A stretch of DNA of 56,661 nucleotides, counting the filler, from Streblomastix strix (taxonomy: Eukaryota): NCBI GenBank assembly GCA_008636045.1. It is 3 parts of 3 records of this genome, joined end to end, with 100 filler letters (N's around TTAATTAATTAA, not from the genome) between each part and the next. Parts side by side here need not be neighbours in the genome. Positions count along the whole stretch, not along the records: positions 1 to 18,827 come from SNRW01000580.1; 2 more parts are not named here. One strand, given 5' to 3'. Every line of letters starts with the position of its first letter. Positions within the stretch are counted from its first letter, which is position 1. The notes beneath the pieces are model-generated. The model ran no database searches, was not told the origin of the DNA, and saw only the letters and a program-made list of their open reading frames with translations. Shown here one piece after another: positions 1-13,287 of the stretch. A program made the translations under genes and the position numbers.

Positions 1-2
1 TA

Positions 3-3000
3 AATGCAGATGCAAAATAATTATATGACAAAATTATTAGCTTCTAACAACGATCAGCACGAAATTTTGTATTTAAAGAAGGAATATTACTTAGAATGAT
101 GCGATAAGGTGGATGGGTACTATTAGATGGAGTAGAATCAGCTCCTCATGAAGTAGAACGGCTTATGTCATTATTAGAAGAAGAACCAACACTTGCTATC
201 TATGAAGGAGTAAGACCTTTAATATTTCATGGTCGTGGTGTAGTTCGAGATAATTCTGGAGAAAATGAAATTTCTTAATAATTTAAAGATGGCGAAGTAA
301 ATTTATCTGAAGAAAAAGTTGAAATTGCAGAAGGATTTCAAATCTTCATTACAAGTAATGATTTAAAAAAAACTGTCACCTGCGCTTAGATCAAGATGCT
401 TTTGCATATAGATGGAAACTGTTTAACAAGAAAGTCATGCTAAAGAGCTTGCTGAAAGTGTTCTTTTTTAATCAGATACTGGACGTCTTTATAGCGTCCC
501 AATTGCAAGAATGCTTGCTGGAGTGTTTTTTGAAGGAAAAACAAAGAGTAAAACCCAAAACCTTTTATTTAGCAAAGACACATTCTCACCTCATAGAATT
601 GTGAATGCTGCTCGTGGTATTGGATAAGATGAAATTACAGCGGAAAGCATTGCATCTGGTGTCGCAATGTCTTTTGTATAATGTTTCAAATCTGAAGAAG
701 ATCAACACATTATTTCAACAAATGCTGAAGGAATATTAGCAAAAATTGCTGATGAAAAGTTACCAAGTAATACAAATAAGTGGGAAGAATTTAATAAACA
801 TGCCGGACAACTCGAATATGTGATATTATTTGATTTCATTCAAAAGAAAGGAAAAGATTGGCCAACAGATGCAGAAGAAGAATTAAATTTACTATTCAAA
901 AAACATTATATGAAAAATGATAGAATGAAGAATATTCACAAATTTGACAAAGATATCACAATTCCAGAGCTAGATGAAATGATATAAAAGTTTGAACATA
1001 TTACATTAGAGTGGATAAAAGATATGAAATTTAGCGACATTAGAAAGACTGTATCAGTTTTGTCAGAAGTTAACTTCATAGTTACTTCATTTTGTGGAAT
1101 TGGAACAACAATAGCATCTCGATTCTACAGAATTCACCATCTTTTGGAATCTCTGAATCCTGCAAGTGAACTTTCTGGATTAAATGTGAGCTAAGGTGAG
1201 AAACTATATTAGAAAAGTATCAATAAAGATAGTTTTTAAGTTATTGGAATTGAAGGAAAGAACGCAGAAGATTGGGCACTTATTATTGCAAAAATTTAAT
1301 TTCTCTGTGATAAATTTTTCACACTCCCAGATGCATTCCCTGCTATGCATATCTATTCTTATATATTCAATATATATATGAAATGCTTCTTTGATTAAGA
1401 ATTAATAAAATCAATGAAAATCAAACAAACTTTGATAATTTTATCAGAAAATAAAATACTTCGTGAAATACTTCGATATATTAATTTAATTAGCGAAGAA
1501 GATGAATCAGCTGCAGTTGTTGGTCATCTCGCTAGATCAGATCATTAAATTGAAATGTATATCTTTTCAAAAACAATTCCTCTTCTTACATAAGATGATA
1601 AAACAATTCAGATTATTCTATAAATTGACAACAATCCTATCATTCGCATTGGTTAACAAGAATTAAGAACTTCAATTACAGAAATTTCTGAAAATATTTC
1701 AATATCTCAATTTGAAAATCTTCCTCTTCTTGATATTAACATATCATCATAATCAGTCAAAGAAGTTTAAGATGGATTATAAAGTATAAAAAATCTGAAA
1801 GCCGAACATAAATTATGGATTCTTTCAGATATATTCTCAAATATTTCAAGCAGTTTTTTGAGTTAGAATGAAATGTTATAATAATTAATTGAAGCTATTC
1901 GTTCATTTAGAAATGTGGCTATAGGAGTTGGTAATTAACCATTTGGACCATCATTAACCCCACTTGATTCTACTTTAAGTGAAAAAGCGTTTGAATGTAT
2001 TCGATTTATTTCAGAATTTAAATAGAAACAATCATCTGAAATTGCAGTCAATCTCCTATAACAATATAAAAGTGTTGATTCATCAATAAAATACTTTTCT
2101 TCATATGAATATTAAGCTATTTAAATTTCAAAAATATTCAAAGAAGTGGGAATTGATTTGTGGGATAAAGAAATCAAATTTTTATTAGAAGTTCGTTCAT
2201 AAATTAATGAAACAGATGAAATGGGTCGGATGAAAAAAGAATTGAAATAAATTATTCCACGGTTTAAAGTTCAATGTGATAATTTGATTTAATTAGGGCA
2301 AGGAACAAAATTCGAGAAAGAAACAGAAATTGCAGCATAATTTTATAGAAAACGTTGCGAGCCTCTGAAAGATGCTGACCCATCAAAAATTCAAAATAGT
2401 ATAGATTAACTTTCTGTTTTCAACTAGAAAATAGCACAACGAAAAGATATTGGAAACAATAATGGAAATATCCCAATTTTAATTAAAGATTATTATGAAG
2501 ATTTTAGATACGATGAAGCTGTGACAGCCCTTATAAACTTCTCACGCCGACAAGAAGCTATATCAAAGGCATCTGAGAATGCTTCATTTGAAAACATAGT
2601 CTTTATGCTAGCTCAATTCTGTATAATGTCAAATGTTGATAATATTGTTAATCCTTTCTATCATCTTCTTGAAAATGCAAAAGAAGGATCGAAATTGAAA
2701 AAGGAAGATATTGAAAAATTAAAATAGTTGAGTCGAGCTCATCTTCTTTGCCGTAATTTACAGAAAAATCAGAATAGTATAATCAAACTTCCTGATGTTC
2801 TCCAAGCACTTATTGATGGAGATGAAAGAATTGTGAACAAGCTTTAGCATACACCAAACTGTGTTGAATTCATTCAGTTCCCAACATTTATTCCTTCTGA
2901 TCTAATTGCTTGCATTCAAATTACTACACAGTCAGGAATATTCTATGGTCCTATTGGATTTAACTAAGATAATATCAAACAAGTAATTAATTATGAGCCT

Positions 3001-6000
3001 AAAGATAAAAAAGAAGCACTTTTAATTTGTGCAGAACTTCTTGTTGGAAAAGAATTTCAAAATCTTATTAAAGAATTAGATATTTCTTCATGGTAAATGA
3101 AAATTGGATAACTAGAAAGAAAAAAAGGATTTTAATTTATGTTGATGGTTTCAGAGGATATTGATAATCGAAACCTTGATATGATATATTTATTAGATCC
3201 AGATTCTGACTAAGATTAAATAAAAAATTCTTTACGTGATCATCCATGTGAAGGGATTATTCATGATATGTACTCATCAGAATATAAAATTGCATTATCC
3301 GTACAAAATGAATGGGAAAAGAATCGTAGATTATCTGTTCTTCATATTCTTCTATTTGCTCTTACAATGAAAGAAGAAATCTCAAAACAGGATTACCAAA
3401 TTAACAGTTAAAATTGGGAAGAAAGAATACGTTCTATGATCTTATAATTAGATAGGAGAAATACTCCTTATGGATATCGCATTGCAAATTTACTTGGGTG
3501 TGTTTTAATTGAAGATTTAGAAGCATAAATTGCTCGATCAATAATCAATAATGTTCTTCATCAATCTGTAAATTATCGTCGTATTTTTGAAAATTAAGGA
3601 TTAGATGTAACAATTCTTCTCTGTTTAAAAGAATATGTTCAACGATTACTTATAGAAGAACGTGTACCTCTTGAATAAACTCCACTTATTGATCTCCAAA
3701 CATCTTTGGGATATTTAATATTCAAATCATTTGAAAATGAAGCATAAAGAGAATAATAATCAATTGAATAAAATAATTATTCTAATTAAAAATTACTTTG
3801 TAATGCGTTGAAAGACTTGATTGAAGATATATCAAATTGGTTGATTCGTCATCCTGAATAAATCATTAGATATTACGACAACTAATCTAATCTAATATTT
3901 TTGAATTAAAATGAAAAATAAATTGCATAATGGATCCGAGATGCAGGATAAAAACTAATTGATAAAGCAGATTAAAGTTTTGAAGGAGCTATTGAAGTTG
4001 CCAGAATGATTCACTTAGCATATTTCAAAGAATTTAATTGTTATCGATTATTATGTTTATGTAACAATAACATGCTTGATGGGTATTTTGTTGGTAGAAG
4101 ATATGCATATAATAGTGTTTGGGAGAAAAGTAAATAACTCATTATTTAGCACAATTTAAAAGCTAATGGACCATTCACAAAAACTTTTAATGATTACAAA
4201 TAATTATTTCCAAATATTGAAGAATTATTTAATTAAAGAGGTTAATCTTTGGTCTTCAAAAATGAAATGTTATAAAGAGTAAGAATAAATACAAATTTTA
4301 TTTCTTTAACAACTGCAATTTAATAATTTTCTCCTCTTTTTTCTTCAATTAATGTGGATAAATCAAGAATCATTATTCCAAATGAGATTATTGCAGCAAA
4401 TGAAATAAATTAAAATCCAGATGAAAAAGAATTTAATGCACTTATTTAAGGAGATAATGACTCATTATAATTTTTATCATCTTCAATTCTTGCAGATTTT
4501 GGAGTTCATATTGATAGATCATCCACATCAAACAGCGGAATCGTAACGATTGAAAATCTTTCAAGTTCTAATATATCTGTTGATCTTATAACTTAAGAAG
4601 AATAGAAACTAAAAGCAAAATTGGTATCCAATGCTATTAAAGCAGGATAAAGGATAGAAATACAATTCCATATCACTGGACCATCTTCTGAAGAACCAAT
4701 TATGGCATGGGCATCATATGAGATCATTGCAAAGAGTACAAGAGAAATTAAATAACCAGCTCGGTGTTAAGTACGAGCATGGGTTAGACGAGTACCTCTT
4801 TGTTGTATAATTGAATCATCCTCATCATTAGTTCTTGGAAATAATTCTTAATGTACATTAGCTCCAAAAACATTCACTGAAATTGTAAGTTTAACAAATC
4901 ATATCCCTACAACTTAACTATCATCAAAAGCTATAGGGTGGTCTCTTTCATCAGAATCTGGAAACATGGCTGAAGCACCTAATATTGAAATAAATAAAGA
5001 AAAACAAGAATTAACTATGAAATTTGAAACTGAAACCACTGGATTGTGCACAGGTAAAATGATTGTTGGACTTGGCCATGCTGAATTATATTAATTATAA
5101 CTGAGTGTACCTGTGAGCCGAATCACATCAATTGGTGTTTTTCATCCTGCAAATCCAGATAGCACTTTTATTTCTTTGACATAATGCAATAGTACACATA
5201 TTGTAGTATATAACAAAGGAAATTTAAAGAAGAATTTGACCTTATAGTCAAGTAATTCATCTGATACATTTGAACCATAATCTCTTAATATTGATCCTCT
5301 TTCACAGGCATTAGTGAAAGTTAACTTTATTAGAGGTGATCGAAGAACAATTTCTGTTGGAAAAGCCAAACTTTAAATTATACTTATCAAGAATAAAATA
5401 ACATTCAACGATAAAGATGATTATACTCGAATTTCAATGGAATAAGATGGATATTTCCCATGTATATTGATTAATAATAAAGATGGAACATCAAACTTCA
5501 ATTACACAAAAAAAGACTAATATTTAAAAAGAAATTGCCCATCTTTTATTTTACAAAACCAAACATATATTCCAGATTATACACCTCCATTTGAACAAAA
5601 TCCTATTCATTTAAATCGATGGGTATTGGATCCAGATTAAGGACTACGTTTTGTTAATGCTGAAGATTAAATTTCTTCAGATACAATTGTACTTTGGGCA
5701 GAAAAAGGATAATAACAAGAATATATTCGCACTATTGATTTAGGATTAGATAAACATGTGAAAGATGCTATGAAAAAGGTTTCGGAGGCATCAAACTTGA
5801 CAAACTAATCAACTTCATAAATTCCAAAATTAATTGTTGATGCAACTAATTTCTTTTTTAAGATATTCAATCGTATTGATTAAATTAATTATTAATCTCT
5901 TATTAATTGTGCAAATAAAGGAAAGGCTGAAAAGAATGCAGATGCATTATTCTGTAAAATTATACTTGCGCTTGATAAAGAAGTAAAAAGAAATGCAAAA

Positions 6001-9000
6001 GTCTCAATTCTAGATATCATAACTTAAATCGCACGAATTGCTACAAAGAGAAAAGATTGGACTTCATCCATTCCTTCTATTCCCACAACATGGAAAGATT
6101 AAGGATAATAATTAGAATTGAAAAAACTAACTTTACATCTTATTTGGGGATCAATAATTCTTCTTCACACACTTTGCAATCCAAGAAATCTTACTGATGA
6201 AGAAATTAGTAATTTTAAAGAAATGTTGATTCAAGGTCCGTAAAATGAAGAAATTAATCCAAAACAAAGATAAATTGAGAATGCATCAAATATTTAATCT
6301 GTATTTGGACAAGAAGTTTAACGAATTGGTGTAATATATGGACGATTTATTAAAGCTGAAATTATTGATGAAATACTAAAAAAGGTAGAATAAATGAATA
6401 TACCAATATTTCCTCCTATTTCAAAAGATAAGGAGAATGATTAACCAATATCAATAGCAGGATTACTTAAATAAGTTGAATAACAATTTGAATTAACTAT
6501 TAATTAATTTTAAACATCTAAAAATCCTTCTGATTTAAATCGACTCCTTATTATTATTCCATCTCTTACCAAATAAGCAATTATTGCAATCTAACACATT
6601 GGAAATTAAAATATTTCTAAACTTGTTGCAAATCTTGGAACATTAACTATAATTATATAAGAACTTCAAAGAAGTATAGAAAACATGCTACTTCTTGAAG
6701 AGAATATAAAAAAAGCAGCTGAAGGATGCTATTAAACTTGGGCTAATTTATTAAAAGTTAAAGTTCAACCTCCTCAACAACTTAAAATATCATAAACAAA
6801 ATTAAATGAATTATTTAATTCTGATTAATATACACAAAATGTTGAAATAGTTCCAATATAAGAATGTACACTTAGGCGTGGAGTGTGGTAAACTTAAGCA
6901 GAATAAATAAGTTAAAATTAAGGAAGAAGAAATTAATTAAGATTTGGAGATATGAATATGAGAGCAATGGTGAATAAAGGAATGAGTAATGATGATGAGG
7001 ATTCTAAATAAGATTCAAATGATGGTATATATACTTCTCCTGTTTTATTAAGTTCTCGATCAACTCATTAATCTGCCTAATAATCAGAACCAATGAAAAT
7101 AATTCCAATTAAAAAAAATAATTCAGAATTACCAATTGATAAAATATTGGTAGCTATGAGAGATGCTTACGTTGAAAAACCACCACCTGAAGAATTAAAT
7201 GAAGGAGAAGAGTATCAACAAATTGCTGTCAATCCAAATGAAATTTAATCTCGTCTTATTTAAGCTAATATTGTTGAAATGCTTGAAGGGAAGAAAGTTG
7301 AAGATTTGCTAATAATTGAGTATAATGCAGTTAAAAGAGCACCACGTGGAAAAGATAACTAAATAAAATTGTCTGAAGGAAGAAATATTGCATTTATTGA
7401 TGGTACTTTAGATCGTCATGATTTTGATAGTATTGAAGGAAGAAGTGAGATTATTGAACTTCATGCTTTATCTCTTTAAATTTAATCACTGTTATATGCA
7501 GAGATATCAAGAATGATAATACCATTTGATTAAAACAAGACTATTCCTTTTACAATAAAAGATACTGAAGTTTCTTTGATCGTTGATGTTAGCGCATCGA
7601 TGACAAAGCTTGCAAAAGCGAAATAAATGGGATCTATGGTTTTAATTGCTGGAATCTCGGATGTTCTTGCAAGTTTTGGAATTCCATTGTAATTCTTTGC
7701 ATTTGCAGACAGAGAAGCTATATGGAAACTTTCTGACTCGACTAGACCTAATCATCTTTAAGATATGATAAGAGTTATTGATGCCTTGAGAACAGGAGGA
7801 CGTCCTGGATCATTCCCGTTAGATGCAGCTATTACAGGTTATTAAGAATGGGACAAAAGGTTAAAAAGTATTGAAGGGGCAATTAAAGGCGCTACAAATC
7901 ACTTAACTATTATTATTTCCGACTTCATTAGTGCTCAAGTCCTGGATAGAGATCGAGATTGGTCAAAGGAAGATATTGGTTAATGCATTCTTATATCTTT
8001 AAACACAGAATTTAATATGAATCATCTTGAAGATAAGAAAATTCCTAAGGAAGTCTACGATAATGGACTCATTCCAAACTTTGTAATTGGTGGAAATATT
8101 ACTTCATTTCGTATTAATCCCATGGAACTATGCATGGGATTTTCTCCCCCTGAAAATAGCACTCTACTTTCTATTATGAAAAAGATTTCTCTTTTACTCA
8201 AAACAAATTCAAAAGCACCTACAAAAGGAACATCAACTAATCTTAAGACTTGCTCGCCAATACATGATCAAGCAATGTTTTGGACAAATCTTGGCCATAC
8301 ACATGAAATTGCCACCAAAACAGGCAACGATTTCTTTGTTTAAATGAAATCTTTGTAGAACTTCGCTCTTATGACAATTAATACTTCTCCATATAGTGCA
8401 GTAGTTCGAGTGCCAGAAAATATTGAAACTGACAGGGGATGGTTAGAAAGATAAAGCGCTACGATTGCTCAAACTCCATTTGGTGGATTTTCTCATGATG
8501 TGGCAACTATGGCACTTACACACTCACTTGCACCGAATCGAGCAGCTGGAAAGGAACCATCGCCATCTTCTGGATAATTATGGATACCTGGTCTTCGAAG
8601 ATTTATTGCTTCTGGATTCACTTATCCGAATCTGTTTTTGAAGAAGAGTCGTCAAAATCAAAAGGCATATTCAATTACATTCGTGATAGACAATACTCTT
8701 AGAATCTTTTCTGCAGCAAACATTTCTCATACAGTCAGTACAATTGCTGCATTGATTGGATCAATTGCACTTGTTCCAGAAGGAGATGATATTGTTGTTG
8801 ATGTTATTATAGCATGTCAATAATAAATCCAACTCCTTGTATATAACTTCCCAGCAAAATAACTTTCGGATGGAAGTTTAATATCGGACATCTTTCGTAC
8901 AATGCATAAACATGCTGGAGAAGAAAGTGGAATAGGATCTGGATTAAATGCAGCTCTGCAAATTGCATCCAGGCGAAGTGGGGTTGGATTTGGTAGACGT

Positions 9001-10473
9001 GTAATTGCCTTAACAGATAGTATTGTTACAAACATAACGGAGATAAATTGTTTAAGATAATCTCTTCTTGATTGCGATGCTAGTGGAATTGATGTAGTTG
9101 GTGTTGGATTGGGAATTGCTCCTTTACAACTTCCATAATTGTTCCCAACAGCATTCTATGCATAATATCCTACTGAACTTGGAAATGCGATGGCAGCTGC
9201 ATTGAGTGTTTCAAGATTAGGATCAAATGGAGAAATAACAGCTCAATAGTTGTTTTCTGAAGTTGATGTATAGCGTGAGTAGTAATTAGAAATACTTTTA
9301 TGTGGTGATCCATCGTAATGTCCTCAACTATCGAAAAGTATCAGAGAACGAGAACTCTCTTAAGATTTTATGGAAGCGATTGGAAACACAGATCTCCTTT
9401 TCATGAAAGGATCAGCAATTGGACTAACTCAGAATCCAGAAGAAAAACCATATTATGAAAATTCATTTCAAGGATTCCGAATGCTTATAGTTTGTTTATA
9501 TCTTGGATAATATGAAGCAGATCCAAGTAAATTTAAACAAAAATCATTTGACGATTAGTGTGGAAAAGTTCTTCACAAGAAAGGATTTGAATATACATTT
9601 GTGAGTTCATATGGTGAAGGACTAGCTGAATTGCAGTTAGTGGAGAATGGTCGTTGCCCTTACAGTTAACTTTGGCTATTCTCTACAAATGGTAAAGGAG
9701 TGCTTCCTTAAGAAGCAAAAGACAAAGATACCAACAAAATTGTTCCATTTATGCAAGCAGTTGCAGATTTCTGGCTAGGAGGTGGAGGATTGTTCTTATT
9801 CTGCGATAATACTCCTTTTACTTTTGAAGCAAATTATCTTCTAGAAAAACATCTCAACTTTTCTCATGCTGGAAGAAATGGTCCATCTGCTGTATAATTA
9901 CATGGTAACTACTATGGAACAAAATAAATTCACGAAGCTCCAAGTGATATGGCAGCATGTGGTTCATTCTATAGATAATCCAGGCTGGAAGCACCTGGTA
10001 TTGCAAAAACTCGAATTTCATTACGCCCAGGGTTAGTTCATTTCTCAGAAGGAATTACCATATCATCTGCTTGCAATAGTTAGAGTTAACCATTGACTGA
10101 TCCTGCGTAACTCTGGCCTTTCACTCCGTTTGGGTGGACATCAGAAAACGTGTCTCCACCTCGACCATTCATTCTCTATTTTGATCCAAAAATTCCTCCT
10201 GAATCTTCTGCTGCTTATGACAGTGAAGCTTGTACAAAAGCAAAACCATCTCCAGGTCCAATTGTACTTCATGGTGGATTCACATCAGCATTCTCAGAAT
10301 TTGATTAGGATGAAAAAGGAATGGGAAGATTAGTTGTTTCCATTGCATGTTGGCTTACTCGAATCGAGGAGAGGATGTATGCTGCAAAGCGCAGTGGAAC
10401 ACCATTACTCTACACTACACCAGCCCTGAAAGGAACATATACTGTTCAAGGAGTTTTTTCTGGATGGAAATGA
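3..10473 (+). CDS. Giant midasin/MoxR-like AAA+ protein with Ig-like region, tandem vWA domains and C-terminal class I GATase-like domain (5'-partial, >3400 aa, intron-free)
   Basis: With TAA/TAG=Gln, frame 3 (3-371) reads FVFKEGILLRMMRQGGWVLLDGVESAPHEVERLMSLLEE...FQIFITSND. After one extra A in the A8 run at 365-372, frame 1 continues LSPALRSRC and was open wherever I checked up to TGA 10471-10473. Standard-code fragments 2521, 8017 and 8638 all lie in this frame. Confidence 0.9.
60..420 (+). other. Midasin-type AAA+ module (C-terminal half): Walker B region, sensor-1, Arg finger
   Basis: FVFKEGILLRMMRQGGWVLLDG, FQIFITSN and LSPALRSR match the midasin/MoxR consensus F.W.DG.L..AM..G.W.LLDE / F..FAT.N / LS.A.R.RF. 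Confidence 0.85.
4490..5390 (+). other. Beta-rich region, probably 2-3 PapD/ASH-like Ig domains
   Basis: ADFGVHIDRSSTSNSGIVTIENLSSSNISVDL...IKAGQRIEIQFHI and IVVYNKGNLKKNLTL...FEPQSLNIDPLSQALVKVNF follow the DFG..vti.N / P....I.P.....v.v.F pattern of ASH/PapD-like folds. Confidence 0.5.
7561..8000 (+). other. vWA domain 1 with intact MIDAS DxSxS motif
   Basis: EVSLIVDVSASM...LQFFAFAD...FPLDAAI...LTIIISDF. Confidence 0.85.
8521..9210 (+). other. vWA domain 2, midasin C-terminal type with degenerate MIDAS
   Basis: APNRAAGKEPSPSSGQLWIPGLRRFIASGFTYPNLFLKKSRQNQKAYSITFVIDNT parallels the midasin P......G.RLN...I..IAS.F...KIW.RR.....Y.I.IAID.S.S segment. Further on: VIALTD and IDVVGVGLG. Confidence 0.75.
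9440..10360 (+). other. Class I glutamine amidotransferase-like (flavodoxin-fold) domain
   Basis: FQGFRMLIVCLY...LHKKGFEY...YSQLWLFS...AVADFWLGGGGLFLFCDNTPF...EGITIS...GPIVLHGGFTSAF...GRLVVSIACWL is a typical GATase-like/ThuA-like pattern. Confidence 0.55.
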
Positions 10474-10799
10474 TAACTATTATTTAATATTTATTTCACT
10501 TTCAAACTCGAGATAATGTGATTATTTTTCAAATGTATATCTATCTATATTCAACTATTAGTATCAATAAATATTTTAGAGTTCTTTATTAAGATTATAA
10601 TATATTATATTGAAATTATTTTCTAATATTCAAAAATCTAATTTTTCGAATTAATTTCTAAAGCATCTCTATCTTTTTCATGTTTAATTTTCAAAAATTA
10701 ATATTGTTTTGAAGAATCTGTAGTGTATTAAAACTTAAATAATTTTAAGATAATTTCTTTATAAAATCTATAGACTGGGTAATAATATCTAATAAGAAT

Positions 10800-11830
10800 A
10801 ATACAATAATCAAATTTTGAAATTGTCAAATCATCTACTATCTGAGATTATTATTGTACATCTCCATCGGAGACTGTTTCTGCACCCATTAATTTTGATA
10901 TTTCCAAATTAGCAGTTGAAACTAGATGCTCCATTGAGCTACCTATCCCTATAGGTCGGCCATTTGAAAAATAAGAAAACAAATATCGATGCATACAAAC
11001 GCTGAACATGTTCTCGAATTGTTCGGACTTCTTTGTGAAAGAACAACTGCATTTACCTTCAAATTTACCAGTATATGATGACATGTACAAGCACAGGAGC
11101 GATTTTCGCTTATTTGCAAGTGAATGAGATTACAGCGTCAAAAGCTGAAACAAGGAGAGCCCTTTGAAAGTTATCTATATAGAAGATATAATTTATTATC
11201 ATGATATTCAAGGAATTATAGAAACGATAAAACGCGTCTTCGATGGATTTTTTCGGTGGAACTGCTTGCTTAAGCGCAGATGCAGGATTAGAAGTCAGGG
11301 GGTATTCATGCATCGAAGGTGACAAAACATGTATAGGAACAGCCGCTCTAAATCCAGATCGTGTAATAAGCTGCTGAATTGAATGCAACATGCCAAATTT
11401 ATAATATTAAATGTCACTATTACCCCTTTTGACCTTGCAAATAATTCAATGTTTGTTAGAATGAAATACTAAAGAGATATTTGTTGACTTAATAACCACG
11501 AATCATATTCCATTGTATTTCGCGAAATGATCAGTCTATATCCAAATTTAATTGAAGAGTTCACTAAAAGAGCAAAATAATTTGATTCAAATTATTATAT
11601 AATCATTTCTCTCGCAATTAAGCATTTGCATACTCTAAGATTCATACAAGAATTAAGAAACCTTGCCTAGATATACTCTCAAATAGGAAAATATTCAGCA
11701 ATAGCTCTAAGAAAAATACAATATGTTCCATTATATTTTACGTTCTTCTCAACATAAGTCATTTAATCATTTTAAACAGACGTAATAATTACAAGATATT
11801 AAATATAATTAGCAATTTAAAGTTTTATTG
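10800..11830 (+). pseudogene. Decayed coding sequence of unknown identity
   Basis: Higher GC than its flanks, with long open stretches (SPSETVSAPINFDISKLAVETRCSIELPIPIGRPF; MDFFGGTACLSADAGLEVRGYSCIEGDKTCIG) broken by TGA and frameshifts. Confidence 0.3.
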
Positions 11831-13287
11831 TTTATATTCGAATATTTCAATTTTAAAATTTTCATTTGCGAGGCATATTTTTTGCAATTTTTCAAACTAC
11901 AAATTTTAACATATAAACATATCACCATCATGACTTGAATAAAGAGCCGTAATAAATTAAGTAGAACTCTGCTCAAACTCGAATACAATATAAAAAATTA
12001 TAATAATTAAATTTTATAATGCTGTCTCATCAGATTCGGAGGACTAATTAGCTTTCCAATTTATATTCTAGAGCTCATTAATTGAATATGTAGGATAATT
12101 ATAGAACAAATAATTTACAATCATTCTAACGTTATTAATATAATAATCGTAAAGAAAAGTTTCTAATTCTAAAACTAAAAACAAAAAACTACTAAATTCA
12201 TCAAGTTGTGGATTGGTTAAAAGAATTCTTATGGATATTCTTTCAAAATAAAACAAAAAAAATTCCTAGATAACTTAGTATAGTATCTTTACTCCCATTG
12301 GTCTAATATAACTCTATTTTAACTTTATCTATTTGAAATTTAACTCATATTGATATTTATAGATATAAAGGAGTTTCAAATTAAGATATTAAAGTTAAAG
12401 TGCAAATGGAGGGTATCGTTGAAGATATTGTGAATGTGTTTCATTTGACTTTATTTAAATTGTAATATACAAGGCTCGAATATTTAATAACGAATGTATG
12501 GGAAACTCCTTATGGTGATGAAGAAATATTTATATTTGTGCGTATAGTAAAGGAATGGAATTGAGAGGAAATTATAATTATCGCCATTATCACATTCAAG
12601 ATAATGATCATGATCGTAAATGATACAATAAAAATTTCATGAAAATTGGCCAAAAAGAAGAAGAAAATGATAAATTCAAGAAATTGATCAAGAAATTGAA
12701 GATCTGATAATTAAGAGTGCCAATAGGTTCCACATAGTGCAAAAAAATAATAAATTTGAAAATTTAAAATTTGGTAATCCTTACAAAGTAGAAAATGATC
12801 AGGTTAACTATAAACTATAGTAATTCAAACTCTTATATTTTCTATCCGAATTTAAAAAGATGATGGTTTCAGTATATGAAACAATATTTATCTTATTTAT
12901 TTTTAAGAATCAACCGCTGAATCATGGATAAGTATAATTTCAATTAATGATGAACTTTAAAATATAATTACTTAAAATTTTTGGATTGTAATATATTTAT
13001 TTGCATAATATGAGAATGATCAAGAAGTAAACTAATAAATCATAACATATATAAAGACGGATGACTGATTTGAAAATGCGCAATAGTCACTGAACCGATT
13101 TTATTCTCTGTATGTTAGAAACACATATATGTAATAAGAATAATAATTCATTGAAGCAGATGTTGCTAGTTTCGATTTTCTTATTTTTTGGAAATTCAGA
13201 TATAGGTAAGATTATTGAACGAATTTTCAATATTTAGAGAAGAAATGTGTTTTCCTCATGTTTAACGAAAATTTTTTTATTTATATT

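Noticed and set aside
3..10473. Calling the giant gene canonical midasin (MDN1/REA1)
   Set aside because: It has two vWA domains, Ig-like domains and an extra C-terminal domain, and lacks the long D/E-rich tail, so orthology is unsupported and no symbol was given.
11900..13250. Possible small gene fragments (e.g. ...TNVWETPYGDEEIFIFVRIVKEWN*)
   Set aside because: No consistent exon structure or recognisable motif.
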